A model generated the notes under the pieces. That model ran no database searches and was not told where the DNA came from. It saw only the letters and a program-made list of their open reading frames with translations. The position numbers were made by a program, and so were the translations under genes. A DNA stretch of 63,644 nucleotides, the filler included, from Octopus bimaculoides (lineage: Eukaryota): NCBI RefSeq assembly GCF_001194135.2. It is 6 parts of 5 records of this genome, joined end to end, with 100 filler letters (N's around TTAATTAATTAA, not from the genome) between each part and the next. Parts side by side here need not be neighbours in the genome. Positions count along the whole stretch, not along the records: positions 61,422 to 63,644 come from NW_026373140.1; 5 more parts are not named here. The stretch is one strand, 5' to 3'. Below, piece by piece: positions 63,506-63,644 of this stretch; position 1 is the first letter of the stretch; every line of letters begins with the position of its first letter.

Positions 63506-63644
63506 TAAATATATGTGTGTGTGTATCTTTCTGTCTGTTTTAGAGAACATGATTTTGTGTCCCTGGAAATCTCCTATAGAAGACGGAGGCCTGGGAAAGG
63601 CGTTTTATGGAAAACAGCCAGTTCCCTTTGCAGTAATTCTATTT

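Overview
AT-rich, microsatellite-dense animal genomic DNA from a gapped draft assembly. The SINE families and simple-repeat load look cephalopod (Octopus-like); this is inferred and was not checked against a database. Only one host protein-coding gene is supportable: a divergent TPPP/p25-alpha gene with an uninterrupted CDS (1365-1901, minus). The rest is mostly mobile DNA: two head-to-head Penelope-like elements (RT + GIY-YIG), a near full-length mariner, a decayed L1/Tx1-type LINE, R4/Dong-type LINE pieces next to (TAA)n, RTE and CR1 fragments, several tRNA-derived SINE families, and several MITE/foldback elements. The most interesting signal is a set of minimal, Penelope-type type I hammerhead ribozyme motifs. 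Their catalytic-core positions 3 and 8 stay Watson-Crick complementary as C-G, U-A or G-C. One sits at the tip of a ~390-nt foldback element. Also notable: a 131-bp inverted copy of the TPPP leader that stops exactly at the start codon, a perfectly phased 7-unit heat-shock element with TATA/Inr, and a 350-bp near-perfect palindrome. All alignments and folds were done by eye, and repeat boundaries are approximate unless TIRs or TSDs are given.
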